Positions 14,062-28,369 of a DNA stretch of 64,000 nt are shown here, piece by piece. A model generated the notes under the pieces. That model worked only from the letters and a program-made list of their open reading frames with translations. It ran no database searches and was not told where the DNA came from. The position numbers were made by a program, and so were the translations under genes. Position 1 is the stretch's first letter, and each line of letters starts with the position of its first letter. The stretch comes from Octopus vulgaris (Eukaryota): the NCBI GenBank assembly GCA_951406725.2, contig OX597830.1, positions 17,422,001-17,486,000 on the forward strand, given 5' to 3'.

Positions 14062-14227
14062 TTATTTACAATTGAGGATAAAATCTTTATAAGAAATTAT
14101 CAGTAGTTAGCGTGAAAAACCTCGTAAGAGAAAAAATCCGTAAATTTTTCCACTTTGAAAATATTTATTTATATTATATTGAGAGTACTACTATTCATAG
14201 ATACCGCACGCTAAGAGGGACCAATGC

Positions 14228-14316
<89 letters not shown>

Positions 14317-14336
14317 TTATGTAACAGTCTGTGTAT

Positions 14337-14394
14337 ATTCCACTGATGAGGCAAAGCATTTCTTATGCAAAGCCAGAAATCCGGGATCTGGAAT
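14337..14394 (+). ncRNA. Type I hammerhead ribozyme at the start of a pLTR-like repeat (to about 14605)
   Basis: ATTCCA-CTGATGA-GGC...GCC-A-GAAA-TCCGGGA-TC-TGGAAT; downstream GGCTGCTATTTC motif shared with other pLTR-like repeats. Confidence 0.8.
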
Positions 14395-15359
14395 TATCCA
14401 GTAATTTTTTTGCTAGTTCATCTTGTCCTTTTGTCTTCTCTCCCGGTGCAGTATGGACATTTAATGTGGTTTTAGAGTCAAGTTTTGGCTGCTATTTCCA
14501 GCGTAGCGGTATCTCCTAGATACCCTAAATTACCTTTGAAGGTTTTTATCCCCATGCTGGCCACTTGATAAGATCGATAATTAAATTAACGATCTTATCC
14601 TTATTTATATAAATTTATATGTATGTACCAAAATAATCGACAGAATATCCAGAGGTGATGCAGTACGACCGTTCATTACATCAGTTTAAATGCAGAGCTA
14701 TCCTCAGCTCATAAATAAATAAATAAATAGAATTAATTTAATCAGTCGGATACTGTTTGACTTCAGCTTAGAAGCTACTAAGACATCAGGAGAAAAGAAA
14801 CTTGTTAGGGTCCTAGCTTGTCACTGACTTTTGGGTCGGTTTTGATTTAAAGTCTTGTTATCAAATCTTTATATATCAAAATCTAAGTCTACAGAGCAGT
14901 GTCTGTTAATAGAGGGCATGAGGGAGTTGACAGAATCATAGTGGGTACAGTCATAAAACTTGTCAAAGTTTATTTTGAAGTAGTATAAATTAACTGGCTA
15001 TAATGAAATTTGGTAAAGGAAGATCTTAAATAAAGATGTTAATTACCAGTTAAAGAGGCAAGACTCTAATAAAACCGATGATGATAATACAGGGGAATTT
15101 TTTTATCATGATGTACTATAGTTGAATGATTTAAACAATATTGTTATATTGCATAAAGATAAATTTTAGGGCTATCAAGAAAAAAAATATTAAGAAAATA
15201 TTATAACCAAAAGGATAGATTTTTGAATAATTTTGAGTATATACCAAAATATACAACAATAGAGAGAGAGAAAAAAATTACATAGACTTAGTTTAATATT
15301 TATTCATATACTTAAATATTTACTTATTAGGTGGTATCAATGAAGATTGAAAACTATAA

Positions 15360-15484
15360 ATCAAAGCCGACCCCAAAATCGTAGAATTCAAGCAATAATT
15401 ACTGCCAAAAGCGGTCCTACCCCATATTAAAATAAATTTGTTTGAAATTTTAAGGTGTTTCCATTATTTTGTCCAACCCCTGTA
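15360..15484 (+). mobile_element. Tc1-like transposon 3' end with TIR
   Basis: RRIQAIITAKSGPTPY-stop, then ...ATTTTGTCCAACCCCTG-TA. Confidence 0.75.
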
Positions 15485-15504
15485 TATATAAGAATATATA
15501 TACA

Positions 15505-15606
15505 AAGAATAAGTCTTGGGGTTGATTTCTTCAACTAAAGACCCTTTAAAGCGGTGCTCCAGCATAGCCGCAGTCAAATGACTGAAACAAGTAAAAGAAT
15601 GAAAGA
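15505..15606 (+). mobile_element. SINE B 3' fragment
   Basis: GCGGTGCTCCAGCATAGCCGCAGTCAAATGACTGAAAC tail. Confidence 0.85.
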
Positions 15607-15870
15607 ACAAAGGAATATCTGTTAAAACCAGAGAAGCTTTTGATTCTTTCCCATTTTCAAATACAACAGGACTTTCTCTCCAACCTGATGCACGCGCGTG
15701 CACGCACGCATTCATACACGCACGCATTCATACACGCACACACTCACATATATATGTATATGTGTTTGTGTATATATATGTATATGTGTGTGTATATATA
15801 TATGTATATACATGTATGTATATGTGTAAGTTTATATGTATATGTATGTATACATATATGCTTATATATG

Positions 15871-15932
<62 letters not shown>

Positions 15933-16214
15933 AGATATATCTATGTATATATATATAGATATATCTATAGATATATCTATGTGTATATATGCATATATAC
16001 GTATGCATATATGTATGCATATGTATTTACGTGCATGTATATATGAATATATATATATAAAGTGAAGATTATTTGCCAATATAATATGGTAGTCCCGGTT
16101 GGGATGAATGCTACAACAGTAGCATTCATATAGCTGGCTATACGACACACTATCTGTTTCCTTATGTTTTCGAACAGGGAAGCTGAGCATCCCTATCCCA
16201 ACACAGAGCAATAA

Positions 16215-16257
16215 CTGTGGACCGCGGTTTCAGGGTTATTTCCCTTCTTCGGCACAG
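16215..16257 (-). ncRNA. Minimal type I hammerhead ribozyme (core CCGAAGA)
   Basis: Minus strand CTGTG-CCGAAGA-AGGG-AAATAA-CCCT-GAAA-CCGCGG-TC-CACAG; all three stems pair, palindromic stem III, GUC site. Confidence 0.8.
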
Positions 16258-17034
16258 AACAATCACTCAGCTGAGGGTGGCGCTGCTAAAATCTCCGTTC
16301 GAAAATATATTGTTTTCAAAGTGACACATAATCACTGATCTGCTAAACAGAAACATTATTATTTCTAAATCTCCCAACGAGAGACACACAGTAAAAGTAC
16401 TTTAAAGAAAAGGTAACAACAAATAGTGAAGTCGATTTGATCGACTGATAACTTTGATGTGGCGATACCATATAATGGTGAGAGGCTGATGAAAGAAGTA
16501 AAAGAATAAAGAATAAGAGAAGAAACAAAAAAATATACGCAAAACCTGTCAGGTGAATGAAAAACAAGCTAACAAATGCGCCAATAAAAGATCCTCTACA
16601 AATTTACTCGATCTGTTAGAAACAGCAGATGAATGTATCTTACAATTAAAAAGGAATAACACACGAGAAAAGATTGGAGACCGCTAACCTAGACCACAAT
16701 ATTGCCTCTTTCCTATCATCACCCCTCCCCCCCAAAACAAGGGATATCTAAAACTCAAACCAGATTAAATCACAAAAGCTAAACAGACTCTAAAACACGA
16801 AGGATTTGAAAAACTCACTTCACTTACCAATACCTTGGTAAAACTGTCAAATTCCCAGAACTGTATAATGTAGTGTGAATGTATGTATGTATGTATGTAT
16901 GTATGTATGTATGTATGTATGTATGTATGTATGTATGTATGTATGTATGTATGTATGTATGTATGTATGTATGTATGTATGTATGTATATTTGTATGTAT
17001 GCATGCATGTATAAATTTATGTATGAATGTACAT

Positions 17035-18250
17035 ACACGCTGGTCCATAAATTATCTTTACAACTTCCATAATTAATTGTATCTACAAAAGTTGAGATCC
17101 ATCAATCAACTTCATTACATGTTAAATAAATATTATTGAAGTTTTAATTCATGTACTTAGTATTAATATTTAAATCACTTTAGCTTGTCTTCAAAAGTGT
17201 TTATTATTATCATCCTTGATTCTTGATGAAAATCAGAACTCCAGAAGCGCAAAGTGTCTGATTTAGTTCATAGAAACCAAATCAGAGACTCAGGTCCAGC
17301 AGAATTACCGTACAAAGCGTGGAAAATTACCACCAACTCGTGTAAGCATCCGTGTCTGGCATAAAACAAGTTTATGGGAACAGGAAACGTCCTACAGAAA
17401 ACAGGGTAGGATGACAGAGAACATCTATGGATAATGTTGAGCGAATTCAAGCAGCATTCATCGTAGTCCTACTAGGCACATTCGTACTACAAGTATAAAG
17501 TTAATTTTACCAAGCTCAATGATTCACAAAGTTTTTTGCACAATAACTTGAGGTTTTATGCTGAAAAAGCGCAACATTTGCAAACACTTCAGTCAGATTA
17601 CAAACTCCAAAAGAAACAATTTGTGGTTCACATGTTAACTTGATCAGATGAAGATAAAAGGTTTACTTCGAAAGATTTGCTTCAGTTATGAAGCAACATT
17701 ACATGCATCAGAAATGATAAATAAGCATAACATCTGGAGCTGGGATGCAGAAAACCCACACGGAACAAGAGAACTGGAAAGAAACAGTTCAAAAGTCAGC
17801 GTTTGGTGCGACTTCATGTTTGATCGAGTGTTTGGCCCATTTTTGTTTTGCAGAAAAGAACAGCTACCTTGACACTTTTCAAGAATTTGTAGTACTGAAG
17901 TTGCAGCACTTGAAGCCAATAGTTAGTTTCCAACTGCTGGTGTGCTGCTCTATTGGGTGTTGAATGTTCGAGAGTTTCTCAATGAAAATTTCCCAAACTG
18001 GTGGATTTGAAGAGACGGTCCAGTCCCCTGGCCACTTAGGTCAACAGATATAACTCCTCTAGAGATATGGGGCTACATTAAAGACTGAGTATATCGTTCA
18101 AAACTTCAGGACCTCAATGATCTAAAGGAAAAAAACTACATCAAACCATATCCAACATTGATCAGATGCTCCAATGTACATGCTCAAAAATTGAACATCG
18201 TCTAGATATGTTGCAGGCAACCAATAGTGCCTATGTGAAAGTGTTAAATT
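17035..18250 (+). mobile_element. Decayed Tc1/mariner-superfamily transposon (WPPRSPDL type)
   Basis: FSYEATLH..INKHN, ENPH, SKVSVWC, GPVPWPLRSTDITPL, WGYIKD.VY motifs, with stops and frameshifts. Confidence 0.85.
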
Positions 18251-18405
18251 TCCTAAAATCTTTATATGTATGACTATGTTTTCCAATAAACTCTGCCGAG
18301 TTATCCTTATCTCCCATTTTTTCTGAATTTTTAAAATTCTAAAGATAGATAAACAGATAGAAAGATAGATAGATAGATTCATACATACATACATACATAC
18401 ATACA

Positions 18406-18441
<36 letters not shown>

Positions 18442-18467
18442 TATGTATATGTATATATATATATATG

Positions 18468-18536
<69 letters not shown>

Positions 18537-18669
18537 TCAGGGTGAGTACTTGATAAATAGTAACTGTGGGCCTGTGAAGAAGCACCTGTATATACCGTTT
18601 GGTGGTGTAGGTGGTGGAGTAAATTAATCAAAATAAAAACATGATGCCAAGGATCATGTTTTTATTTTG

Positions 18670-18725
<56 letters not shown>

Positions 18726-18800
18726 TATATATAAATTTATACATATATGTATATGTGTGTGTGTATTTATATATATATGTATGTATATATATATATATAT

Positions 18801-18869
18801 GCCACTGATGAGAACTTCAACTACCAAATTATTTTATTTGCTAATTAGAGTTCGAAATCTAGGTATGGC
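18801..18869 (+). ncRNA. Type I hammerhead ribozyme at the start of a pLTR-like repeat (to about 19015)
   Basis: GCCA-CTGATGA-GAACT...AGTTC-GAAA-TCTAGG-TA-TGGC, starting directly after (TA)n. Confidence 0.8.
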
Positions 18870-19013
18870 TGTAAAAAAACAAGGTAAAAGTTTTTATTTT
18901 TGATTCCCTTCGAAATTCCTCCTAAATGTGGTTTTGGTCGTTTTGACTGCTCCTTCTAGCATGTAAAGCTGCCTGTTAAGGGTCGCCTCTTTTGTGTTTA
19001 AATGCACACTAAT

Positions 19014-19057
<44 letters not shown>

Positions 19058-20289
19058 CACATTTATGTATATATACACGTGTATGTATATAAGTATATAT
19101 GTATGTCTATATGCATGTATGTGTGTGTATGTCTACATGTATGTATGTGTGTATTGTATGTATACATATTCTTACACGCACTTATCAAGAGTATCCGTAA
19201 GACAATGCTTACATTGGACAGATCATGAGATCCTATACTAACTCACGGTTTTGACATCAACACAAAATCACGTGTGCATTCACTCTGTTATCAATCTAAA
19301 AACTAATCTCGATTGCGATTCGACAGTCTTAGCGTTAGATCGCGTAGAGATGACGAGACTGCCATTTCCTCAATTAGTCAGTACTTCCGTAATAAAAAAA
19401 AAAACCGAAATCCCAACCCATTACCAACATTTCATATTGTAGTGTCTTTCGGTGTGAAACCTTCCCTGGATATTTTCTCGCTCATGAATTCTTTCTAGAT
19501 TTTCAGACGTAATCAACACTTAGAGCTCTATCGGAATCTCCGACTAGGAAGAACGAAAATCGATCACTTCTGCGAACTTCTCTGAAAACCCTTACACTAT
19601 CTGCCGGTTCAACAATGGAGATATATTGATACAACTACAACGCCTGTATATGGAGTTTAATATATATTCATCTAACCTAAGACACAGTGGCGTACGTTTT
19701 AGCCTCTTCTTCACAGGCCCACAGTTACTATTTATCTTTTGTGAGATATCAGGAGCGCTCAATGCACTTTACTGTATACACAAGAGAAAGGCTTACTATT
19801 ATTTTCTTTTTATTCGTACGTCTGCAGTTGATTGTTATTTTACATCTTCCAGAAGGACTTTTCCTCCTGGGTTTTTTGCGTACAACTTGTCTTTTCTTCC
19901 TTAGATTTAATCTAATGTTAAGTCAAGATACAAAAGAGCAAAAGAACAAAATTTGTTGGGTTACTTGTGTTTTATTGGGGATGTTGCTGCTGAGTTTCAG
20001 ATCAACCCTGATTGAGTAGGTCAACGATGAAACGTGTTGAAGCCGTCATCCTGTCTTTATTGAAATATATCCCGAATTCCGTTGCCCTGGATATATATAT
20101 TTCCGCCTCCCATTCATAACGGCAAGGGAGGATTTGAGGGAGGTTAAATATATTTTTTTCAAATCCAGTAACCAGATAAGCGCTCCATATTCAACTCATT
20201 TGTTTTATTGTTGCAGTTTTCAGTTCTTATTTCGTTACTGCTGGTTCCTCTGCTGTTGTCGTTATTCTTGGTAATATTGGCGTCACTGC

Positions 20290-20460
20290 TAACCTGGCAG
20301 AATCGTTAGCAGCGCTGGGCAAAATGTTTAGCTCCATTTCGTTCGTCTTTACGTTCTGAGTTCGAATTCCGCCAAGGTCGTCTTTACTCTTCATCTTTTC
20401 GTGGTCGATAAAATGAGTACCTGTTGGAGATAGGAATTACTGCTCTTGTACCAAAATTTG
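20290..20460 (+). mobile_element. SINE A, diverged
   Basis: CTGGCAGAATCGTTAGC...GAGTTCGAATTCCGCC. Confidence 0.8.
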
Positions 20461-20589
20461 AACCCGATAAATTCAACTTGTGCCTCTCAATACGTATCGC
20501 CATCCGTGGGATTAAAACTTTACAAACCTGCGACTAAGTACACTGCAGATCCTTAACCTTAACGGTTTAATGAGATGACATGACCGTTC

Positions 20590-20857
20590 TGTGTGTGTGT
20601 GTGTGTGTGTGTGTGTTGCGTTTCTGTTCGTCTCCCACCACTCTTGACAATTGATATTGTTTACGTCCCTGTAACTTTTGGTAACCTTCCGTAACTTTTC
20701 CCCGTAACAGTTCAGCAAAAAGAGAACGATAGAATAAGTACCAAGCTTTAAAGGAAAAGAGATAAGAACTGGGATCGATTTATTTGACTAAAATTCATCT
20801 AGGTAGTGCTCCAGTATGGCCGCAGTCTAATGACTGAAGCAGATAAATAATAAAAGA
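20590..20857 (+). mobile_element. SINE B 3' half, diverged
   Basis: (TG)n, then TTTACGTCCCTGTAAC...GGCCGCAGTCTAATGACTGAAG. Confidence 0.8.
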
Positions 20858-21818
20858 GAATATATCGTGTAATAAGCCGCCCGAAGTACAAAGGCTACAG
20901 CACAGTATTTACTACAAACAAAAAGAATTGAGAAACATTTCCTCAAGGAAAAAATCAAATGTTATATGTATTCCATTAATAAAGGATCGTCGCAGATTAT
21001 TGGTTTGCCAAAATAAGTTTTCTTAGTAAAAGATTGGGAACCATCGGTCTTGGGGTGAATGGTAAGTTTCATTTTTTGTTTCTCTTCTGTGTGTGTGTGT
21101 GTGTGTTTTCATTTTGCGGCTGCTTTTTTTGGAAATGTCTGATGAAAGCGCTTGCATAGTATTACGGCATGGCTAAGTTACTTGATGTTGTTATTGTGCC
21201 AAAGGTGTGGTGCATTCAACGTTGTTGTTGAAGCGGCTAATTAGTACGTATACACGCTGGTTTGCTGTTTGTTTTCTAGTTTAATTTGGAAACAAATGTT
21301 TACTAGTTTCAAGTTTATTCTTTGGTTTATTTTCTTTGATACTTCTTTGTTTAGTTGATTGATGCCGAGTTATATTCCTGTTGTGTGTGGGTCGTGTTTG
21401 CTATTGTCTTCGTGATTCTATAATGGTTGTTATCTCAGATATGTAATTGGATTGTATTTGTTTATGTTGTTTCGTGAGACATATTTTGGCGCATCTATCA
21501 TTATTATGGTGAACATATGTCCATGGTGGTGGTGTTGTTGAAATCTGAAAACAATAATTCTGCTTTTCCTTTTTGTTTTTTTGTTTTGTTTTGGTGGAAC
21601 GCATTCCACTGTGATTAAGACGTTTATAAAAATGATCTTCCTTTTATTGATATGTACGTGATTTGAGACTATAATTATTCGGTGGTCTGAAGAGATTGTT
21701 TGGCGTGTGGTGATAGCATGGTGTCTGTGATGCAGAAAGTCACTCCCGGTTCTTGACTGTTTGATGATGTATGTGTACATGTGATGGCGTGGGTTGCCTA
21801 GGAATTATTGGGAGTTTA

Positions 21819-22206
21819 GTGGAGGCGCAATGGCCCAGTGGTTAGGGCAGCGGACTCGCGGTCATAGGATCGCGGTTTCGATTCCCAGACCGGGCGTTGT
21901 GAGTGTTTATTGAGCGAAAACACCTAAAGCTCCACGAGGCTCCGGCAGGGGATGGTGGTGATCCCTGTTGTACTCTTTCACCACAACTTTCTCTCACTCT
22001 TACTTCCTGTTTCTGTTGTACCTGTATTTCAAAAGGGCCGGCCTTGTCACTCTCTGTGTCACGCTGAATATCCCCGAGAACTACGTTAATGGTACACGTG
22101 TCTGTGGAGTGCTCAGCCACTTACATGTTAATTTCACGAGCAGGCTGTTCCGTTGATTCGGATCAACCGGAACCCTCATCGTCGTAATCGACGGAGTGCT
22201 TCCATC
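21819..22206 (+). mobile_element. SINE C, tail type 1; putative source of the copy at 30.1-30.8 kb
   Basis: TSD ATTGGGAGTTTA at 21807-21818 and 22207-22218. Confidence 0.95.
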
Positions 22207-22374
22207 ATTGGGAGTTTAGCTGTTATTTCTTGTGTTATCTATATTGTTTAAGAACAAAGGATTGTTGAAACATTAATGTTGGCCCTCAGAGTATGGTTCT
22301 TGTGAGAGTGTTAAAGTGTTATAGTTGGGGTAGCTAACATGATATGGCAGGAAGAAGGGTTGATGACGTCAGCA

Positions 22375-22428
<54 letters not shown>

Positions 22429-23145
22429 ACAAAGTGAAGTTGTAAGGTACCGCACGAGTGGAATTATATATAAAAGAAGGTTTGAAAATGCAATTTTAAA
22501 AGATGTTTATTCACTTGACCGGTTTCACTTTTTTTAGAAAAAAGATTGTTAAAAGTAACTTGTAAAAGCTTTGTTGTGTTAGGTACTGGTTGTCCCAAAA
22601 TATTACAATACATATATACATTCTTTGATAATAATAAGAACATGTTAAAAACAATTTACAAGGAAGAATCTTGGGAAAATATAAAAAAGTTCATTAAAAT
22701 ATTGGGCACAAAAAATTACAATACATATAGACATTCTTTGATAATAATAAGAAAATGTTAAAAACAGTTTACAGAAAAATTTGCTTTGAGAATTTATTAA
22801 CAAGTTCATAAAACCTATTAGGATTTCATTCGAAATCATGTTTGTTTGGAAGCATCTATATATATACACAGAATATTATAAGTTCAAAAAGGTAATATTT
22901 TGGTAGTATATATATATATACACAGAAAGAGATATATTTAGTTTATAAAGAATTTGGGATGACCTGTTTCACAATTTAATCGTAAAAGACTATTTTCTAT
23001 TTTAAAGGGACAGTTTAGGAGGTGTGTTTGGGTGGGGGGAAGGAAGAGCAATGTAGAATTGAAAAGAAGTGTTTGCTTCTCTTTCATGGTTGAGTGGTTA
23101 TGGGGATCGGTCTTTAGAGGTCAGAATGGTGTGTGTGTGTGCCTT

Positions 23146-23190
<45 letters not shown>

Positions 23191-23379
23191 GTTTGTGTTT
23201 GTGTGTGTGGGCGTTTTTGATTGGTCCCAAGGTTTATTGTGGTGTATGTAAATGTGTCTGTGTGTGTTTAGTATTTGGTAGGATGGTGTGTGTGTGTGTG
23301 TGCACGTTTGTGTATGTGTGTGTGTGTATGTGTGTGTATATGCGTTTTGTGTGTGTTGGTATTGAGTATACGTTTGTGT

Positions 23380-24150
23380 GTGTGTGTGTATATACGTGGG
23401 TACGGTTTTCTCAAGAGAAGATTTAAATCGTGTTTTTCCAAAATTGTTAAGTTTCCCGTCTTCTATTCTACTCAGATCTTGTCTTAAAGTCTTCACTTTA
23501 TTTTGTAGTCTCCTTTTCCACATTTGCTCTTTTTTAATCTTTCCTTATGGAATATCTAATCTTCTAGTAACTATTACCCTTCCTGCATAGATCAATAAGT
23601 TAGTGCCTCCTACATTTTTAGTATCTATCCTATTGATAACAGAAGCTACTTTCCTAGTCATATTTAGCAGCTTCCTTCTGTTGATGCCTTTTAATGCTGG
23701 CAATCCTTTTCTTACTTCTTTACTCATTACTTCCTGCAACTCATCTAAAATTGTCTGATCTTCCTCACTTAAGTCGCTTAAATCACTAGTGCCAGTTGTC
23801 CCTTCCTTATTAGTAGCGCTATTATTATTTTTTTTCCTTTAGAATCTTCTTTGATTTGAGCTGTATCTCTTATGTTGTTGTTTGTCTTTTCTACCTCTTG
23901 ATCTTTCTTTTCCAGTTCTCTTGTGATCTCTTCCACCTCCAATTTTGTCATCCACTTTCTTCTCCTAACAGCGTTAGCTTCATCTACTAGTCCCTGCTCA
24001 GTCATTTTAAACATACCCTTCTGTACCCAAAGTGTTTACATCCGTTTTCTGTAGTCCCTTCTTCTAAGTTCGCTTTCTAAGTAGCACTGCATCACTATCC
24101 TGTTTTCTTCGGTGGTCCACTTCATCTTCCTTGCTCTACTATCTGCTGAT
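23380..24150 (-). mobile_element. R4/Dong-like LINE ORF N-terminal fragment
   Basis: MKWTTEENRIVMQCY..YRKRM..W..TEQGLVDEANAVRRRKW, LPALK, TNLLIYAG, WKRRLQNKVKTLRQDLSRI. Confidence 0.75.
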
Positions 24151-24328
24151 GCTGTCTTAAGATAACAGCTGTGGTCAGTCTGCATCTTTACTGAACCACT
24201 GCCGAGCGAGAAGCCTTCTCTTAAAGGTCCAACCTCATTTTCGCTGTCACAACCAGTGTTTCTGCGCTAACTCCTGTCTCCCATAAACTGAAGTAAGATG
24301 ACTTTCGTCACCATCGTCATCACTACTA

Positions 24329-24716
24329 GTGGAGGCGCAATGGCCCAGTGGTTAGGGCAGCGGACTCGCGGTCATAGGATCTCGGTTTCAATTCCCAGAC
24401 CGGGCGTTGTGAGTGTTTATTGAGCGAAAACACCTAAAAGCTCCACGAGGCTCCGGTAGGGGATGGTGGTGATCCCTGCTGTACTCTTTCACCACAGCTT
24501 TTTCTCACTCTTACTTCCTGTTTCTGCTGTACCTGTATTTCAAGGGGCCGGCCTTGTCACTCTCTGTGTCACGCTGAATATCCCCGAGAACTACGTTAAG
24601 GGGACACGTGTCTGTGGAGTGCTCAGCCATTTACACGTTAATTTCACGAGCAGGCTGTTCCGTTGATTCGGATCAGCCGGAGCCCTCATCGTCGTTACCG
24701 ACGGAGTGCTTCCATC
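24329..24716 (+). mobile_element. SINE C, tail type 1
   Basis: TSD CATCACTACTA at 24318-24328 and 24718-24728. Confidence 0.95.
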
Positions 24717-24729
24717 CCATCACTACTAT

Positions 24730-25230
24730 TACTTTTCGATAGTTTCAAGAAACTTTCTATTGCGTTACTTGGTGCACTTTTTTGTGCTGATTAGGTGTAT
24801 GCTTCTTTGTTTTTTTCCTGGGGAAAATTGTATTGCATCATTATGTTTTGTTAAGGGGTTTGGTTTGAATCTTTTGCTGTATTAGTTTTGTATTGTGTGT
24901 TGTTTGTGCAGTGCAGGTTGTGTTCGTCCGTTGGGTATCGGGCTTCTATGGCACAAGTTGTGGGCTCCGTTAATTTTATTGGGCATTTACTGTATGAGTT
25001 TATTCCAGGATGAGTTTGGAGTGTTGCATAGTAGTGTGTGCAAATCATAAACCATTTCATAGCTTTCATGGTGATCTGTTCATCGTTCCTTCTTTTTTGG
25101 TTGGTTTTATTACGGGCAAGTCTTTACAGCGTGTACTTTTGACAGATCACCGCCCATGGACATGTGTTGATGTTTCTTTCGTATTCATAAGCTTCATTGG
25201 TGCATAAGCGAGAGACCGAGAAGTAACACC
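24730..25230 (-). mobile_element. Possible decayed PLE 3' remnant
   Basis: Weak NLC motif and a C/A-rich minus strand, similar in character to 21100-21800. Confidence 0.3.
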
Positions 25231-25260
25231 AATGTATATATATACATATATATATATATA

Positions 25261-25350
25261 TATACTAAGTAATTAAGGGTTTAGCAACGAATTGCCTCAC
25301 CAACACACCGAATTTAGAAATAGCAGTCAAAGAGATATAGCTATTCCTTA
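25261..25350 (-). repeat. pLTR-like 3' tail, same family as 55880-55972
   Basis: Reverse complement TTGACTGCTATTTCTAAATTCGGTG...TTGCTAAACCCT matches 55908-55962. Confidence 0.75.
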
Positions 25351-25512
25351 TACATATAGACGACTTGTATAGGTATAGAAATATATGTAATTAAAATTTT
25401 AAAATTTTACTCATAGGGTTGCAGTTTCCGTATAGAGATATTGCAGTCCATGTGCTTACGTTTCTTACATTTTCACGCACGTGTTGTGGCGGCGCATCTG
25501 AATGAAGGTCTC

Positions 25513-25594
<82 letters not shown>

Positions 25595-25788
25595 TAGATA
25601 TATATATATATACTCCACATAAGAAAAACCTCTCAATTTCCTGAGATGGCTTACATTAAAACAGTTTTCTTTCATTGTTTTTGCGGGTTCTTAATTCCTG
25701 CATCGTGATGGTTTCAGATTTGATCTATCTTCCCGGCAGCTCGCTGTCATACGTCAATGCTGTTTCCTTTTCGCTGCGGTATCACCAC

Positions 25789-25827
<39 letters not shown>

Positions 25828-25834
25828 TATTATT

Positions 25835-26252
25835 ATTGAGTAAGAGAGCAGTGCATGCCATCAAAGTGACAATGGGGTAAAATATACGAAGCCAAGTATA
25901 CCCATTACCTTGCAGGTGGGGCCCAGTTAGAATTTCCTTCAAGTTGAGTAGCTCATCCCGCTCAGAAGGTCCCTGAACCAAACACCCACGTTTCCAAAGG
26001 TGAATTATCCAAACCCCAAATAATTCCTCTCAACACATGGCTATGATGCTCCCCACCCACATGGTCAGAGATGCACATATCGTCATGCTCAACTGGTTGA
26101 GGTCAAACAACTGACAAGCAATTCTGTGGTATTGAGCAGAATATTTACTGTATCCTATCTTTTATATCAAGACAAAACAATGTATACGGAAACAGTTCCA
26201 ATCAGTTAAGATCAGAAGCCATGAGAATCACTGCCTGGCACTGCATCAGGGT
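25835..26252 (-). repeat. Unclassified retro-like interspersed repeat with (AAT)n/(GAT)n tail
   Basis: More GC-rich block ending in a trinucleotide tail; no second copy in the window. Confidence 0.35.
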
Positions 26253-26303
26253 TTATCCTCCTCCTCCTCCTCCTCCTCCTCTCCTCCTCCTCATTATTAT
26301 TAA

Positions 26304-26697
26304 GGCGGCGAGCAGGCAGAAACGTTAGCACGCCGGGCGAAATGCTTAGCGGTATTTCGTCTGCCGCTACGTTCTGAGTTGAAATTCCGCCAAAGTCGAC
26401 TTTGCCTTTCATCCTTTCGGGGTCGATTAAATAAGTACCAGTTACGCACTGGGGTCGATATAATCGACTTAATCCGTTTGTCTGTCCTTGTTTGTTCTCT
26501 CTGTGTTTAGCCCCTTGTGGGTAGTAAAGAAATAAGTATTTTGTCCGTCTTCAGTTTCTGAGTTCAAATGCCGCCGAGGGCGACTTTACCTTTTATTCTT
26601 TCGGGGGTCGATAAATTAAGTATCAGTGAAACACTGGGGTCGATGTATCGACTGGTCCCCTCCCCCAAATTTCAGGCCTTGTGCTTTTGTAGAAAGG
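26304..26697 (+). mobile_element. SINE A dimer
   Basis: Full unit, then a headless unit starting at GTATTT near 26536. Confidence 0.9.
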
Positions 26698-26750
<53 letters not shown>

Positions 26751-28257
26751 CATTTTGACTATGAACATAGTGGGTGATTAAACCGGTAGGATGCTAGACA
26801 CGCACGGCTAAATTCTGAGTTCAAATTTCGAGAATGATCGATTTTATATTTCATCCTTCAGAAACTCGTCGAAACAGGTACAAATGAAATATTACATTCA
26901 ATTTAATCAATTCATCCTCTACAAACGAAAAGGCTGATCCCGCGCCCACAATTCTTCTTCTTCCACCTTTGTTTCTTCTTCTTCTTCTTCTTCTTCTTCT
27001 TCTTCTTCTTCTTCTTCTTCTTCTTCTTCTTCTTCTTCTTCTTCTTCTTCTTCTTCTTCTTCTTCTTCTGCTCCTATAAAAAAGACAGAAGGAGTAAGTT
27101 CACGCTATTAATCATGCAAATTTGAGGAAAGAAAAAAGAAAACGAAGTCGAAACAATAAGTTTAATACTAGAAAGAATACAAAACGAAGTGTTGCATGGC
27201 GAGAAAAAGAAAAGGCGAGGAAAAAAAAAAGGGAGGAGAGGAGAGACAAAGGAAAGAAAATGTAGAAGAAATGAATTAGAAGAAGAAAATGCAGATGAGA
27301 AAATGGTGAGAAAGAAAGATATGACATCACCAACGACAAATAACGGCAAAACTAACAAACAAACAAACAAACAAGCAAAAAAGAAACAGAAAGACAATAT
27401 AAATTTGACGAAAGAAGAAAAAATTATTAAAAATAGGAGAGCAAAATATAGAAAAATAAAATGGCAGCATTAACGGCAACAAGAACAAGAAAGAGAAGAA
27501 GACAGGAAGGCTAATTGAGGTTTCATATTGAATGATGTAAAATATTTATTTGTCAATTCTGACAGCTTGGCCTTTTTAGTATGATAAATTAGAGAATAGG
27601 TGATATTGGCAGACATAATAGAGCCACCAACGCCTGCGTCGCTGCCGCCTCTCTAATATGTTAACTCTCGTTCGACGAATCATCAGCGACAAAGCCTTTA
27701 CGAGGCCGCTCGATTTGTTAGAAATAACGACCGAATCTCAATGGAATTATAGGCTTTAGTCGTATTAAAGGACATTGGTTAATCTGGTCGTGTTTCCTTA
27801 CACACAAAAGCCTAAAACAAAACAAAACAAAACAAAAGCAGTGGGATGGTCATGGTGGGAATATCATTGGTTATAGGTCTGCTTGTTCAGGGCTTACATG
27901 AGACTAAACAACAGCAGCAGAGGCTGTTGCAAGAACAGCAACAGCAACAACAACAATGTTGTATTATCTGTTATGAAATAACGCCCGCACATTGCACCAA
28001 ACTGTCTTAAAATGGAAGAGGTATATTGGAAATGTAATCTTAGGATCTACAGGGTTTGAGATGAAAATACTCTATGGTCATGTACGGATTGTCTATTATC
28101 AAAAGCCTGCTCACTCAGCGTCGACTAAATAACAACAACAACAACAACAACGACGACGACGACTACAACTACAACTTCAACACTTCAACAATAAAACCTT
28201 TCGCCCACTTCAAAGTGAGTGAGTTCCTACACGATTGATCGCACTGCAAATTTCCCT

Positions 28258-28306
<49 letters not shown>

Positions 28307-28369
28307 ATGGATGTAATTATATATATGTATATATAAAAGTATATATAAAAATGGTTTAACAAACAAAAA

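Noticed and set aside
21821-21895. Functional tRNA genes at SINE heads
   Set aside because: No proper acceptor stem; they continue into SINE bodies flanked by TSDs.
22605-22773. CRISPR-like or functional direct repeat (about 55 bp, two copies)
   Set aside because: Only two copies in AT-rich eukaryotic repeat DNA; a simple local duplication.
27189-27473. Lys/Arg/Glu-rich ORF
   Set aside because: Purine-rich low-complexity sequence.
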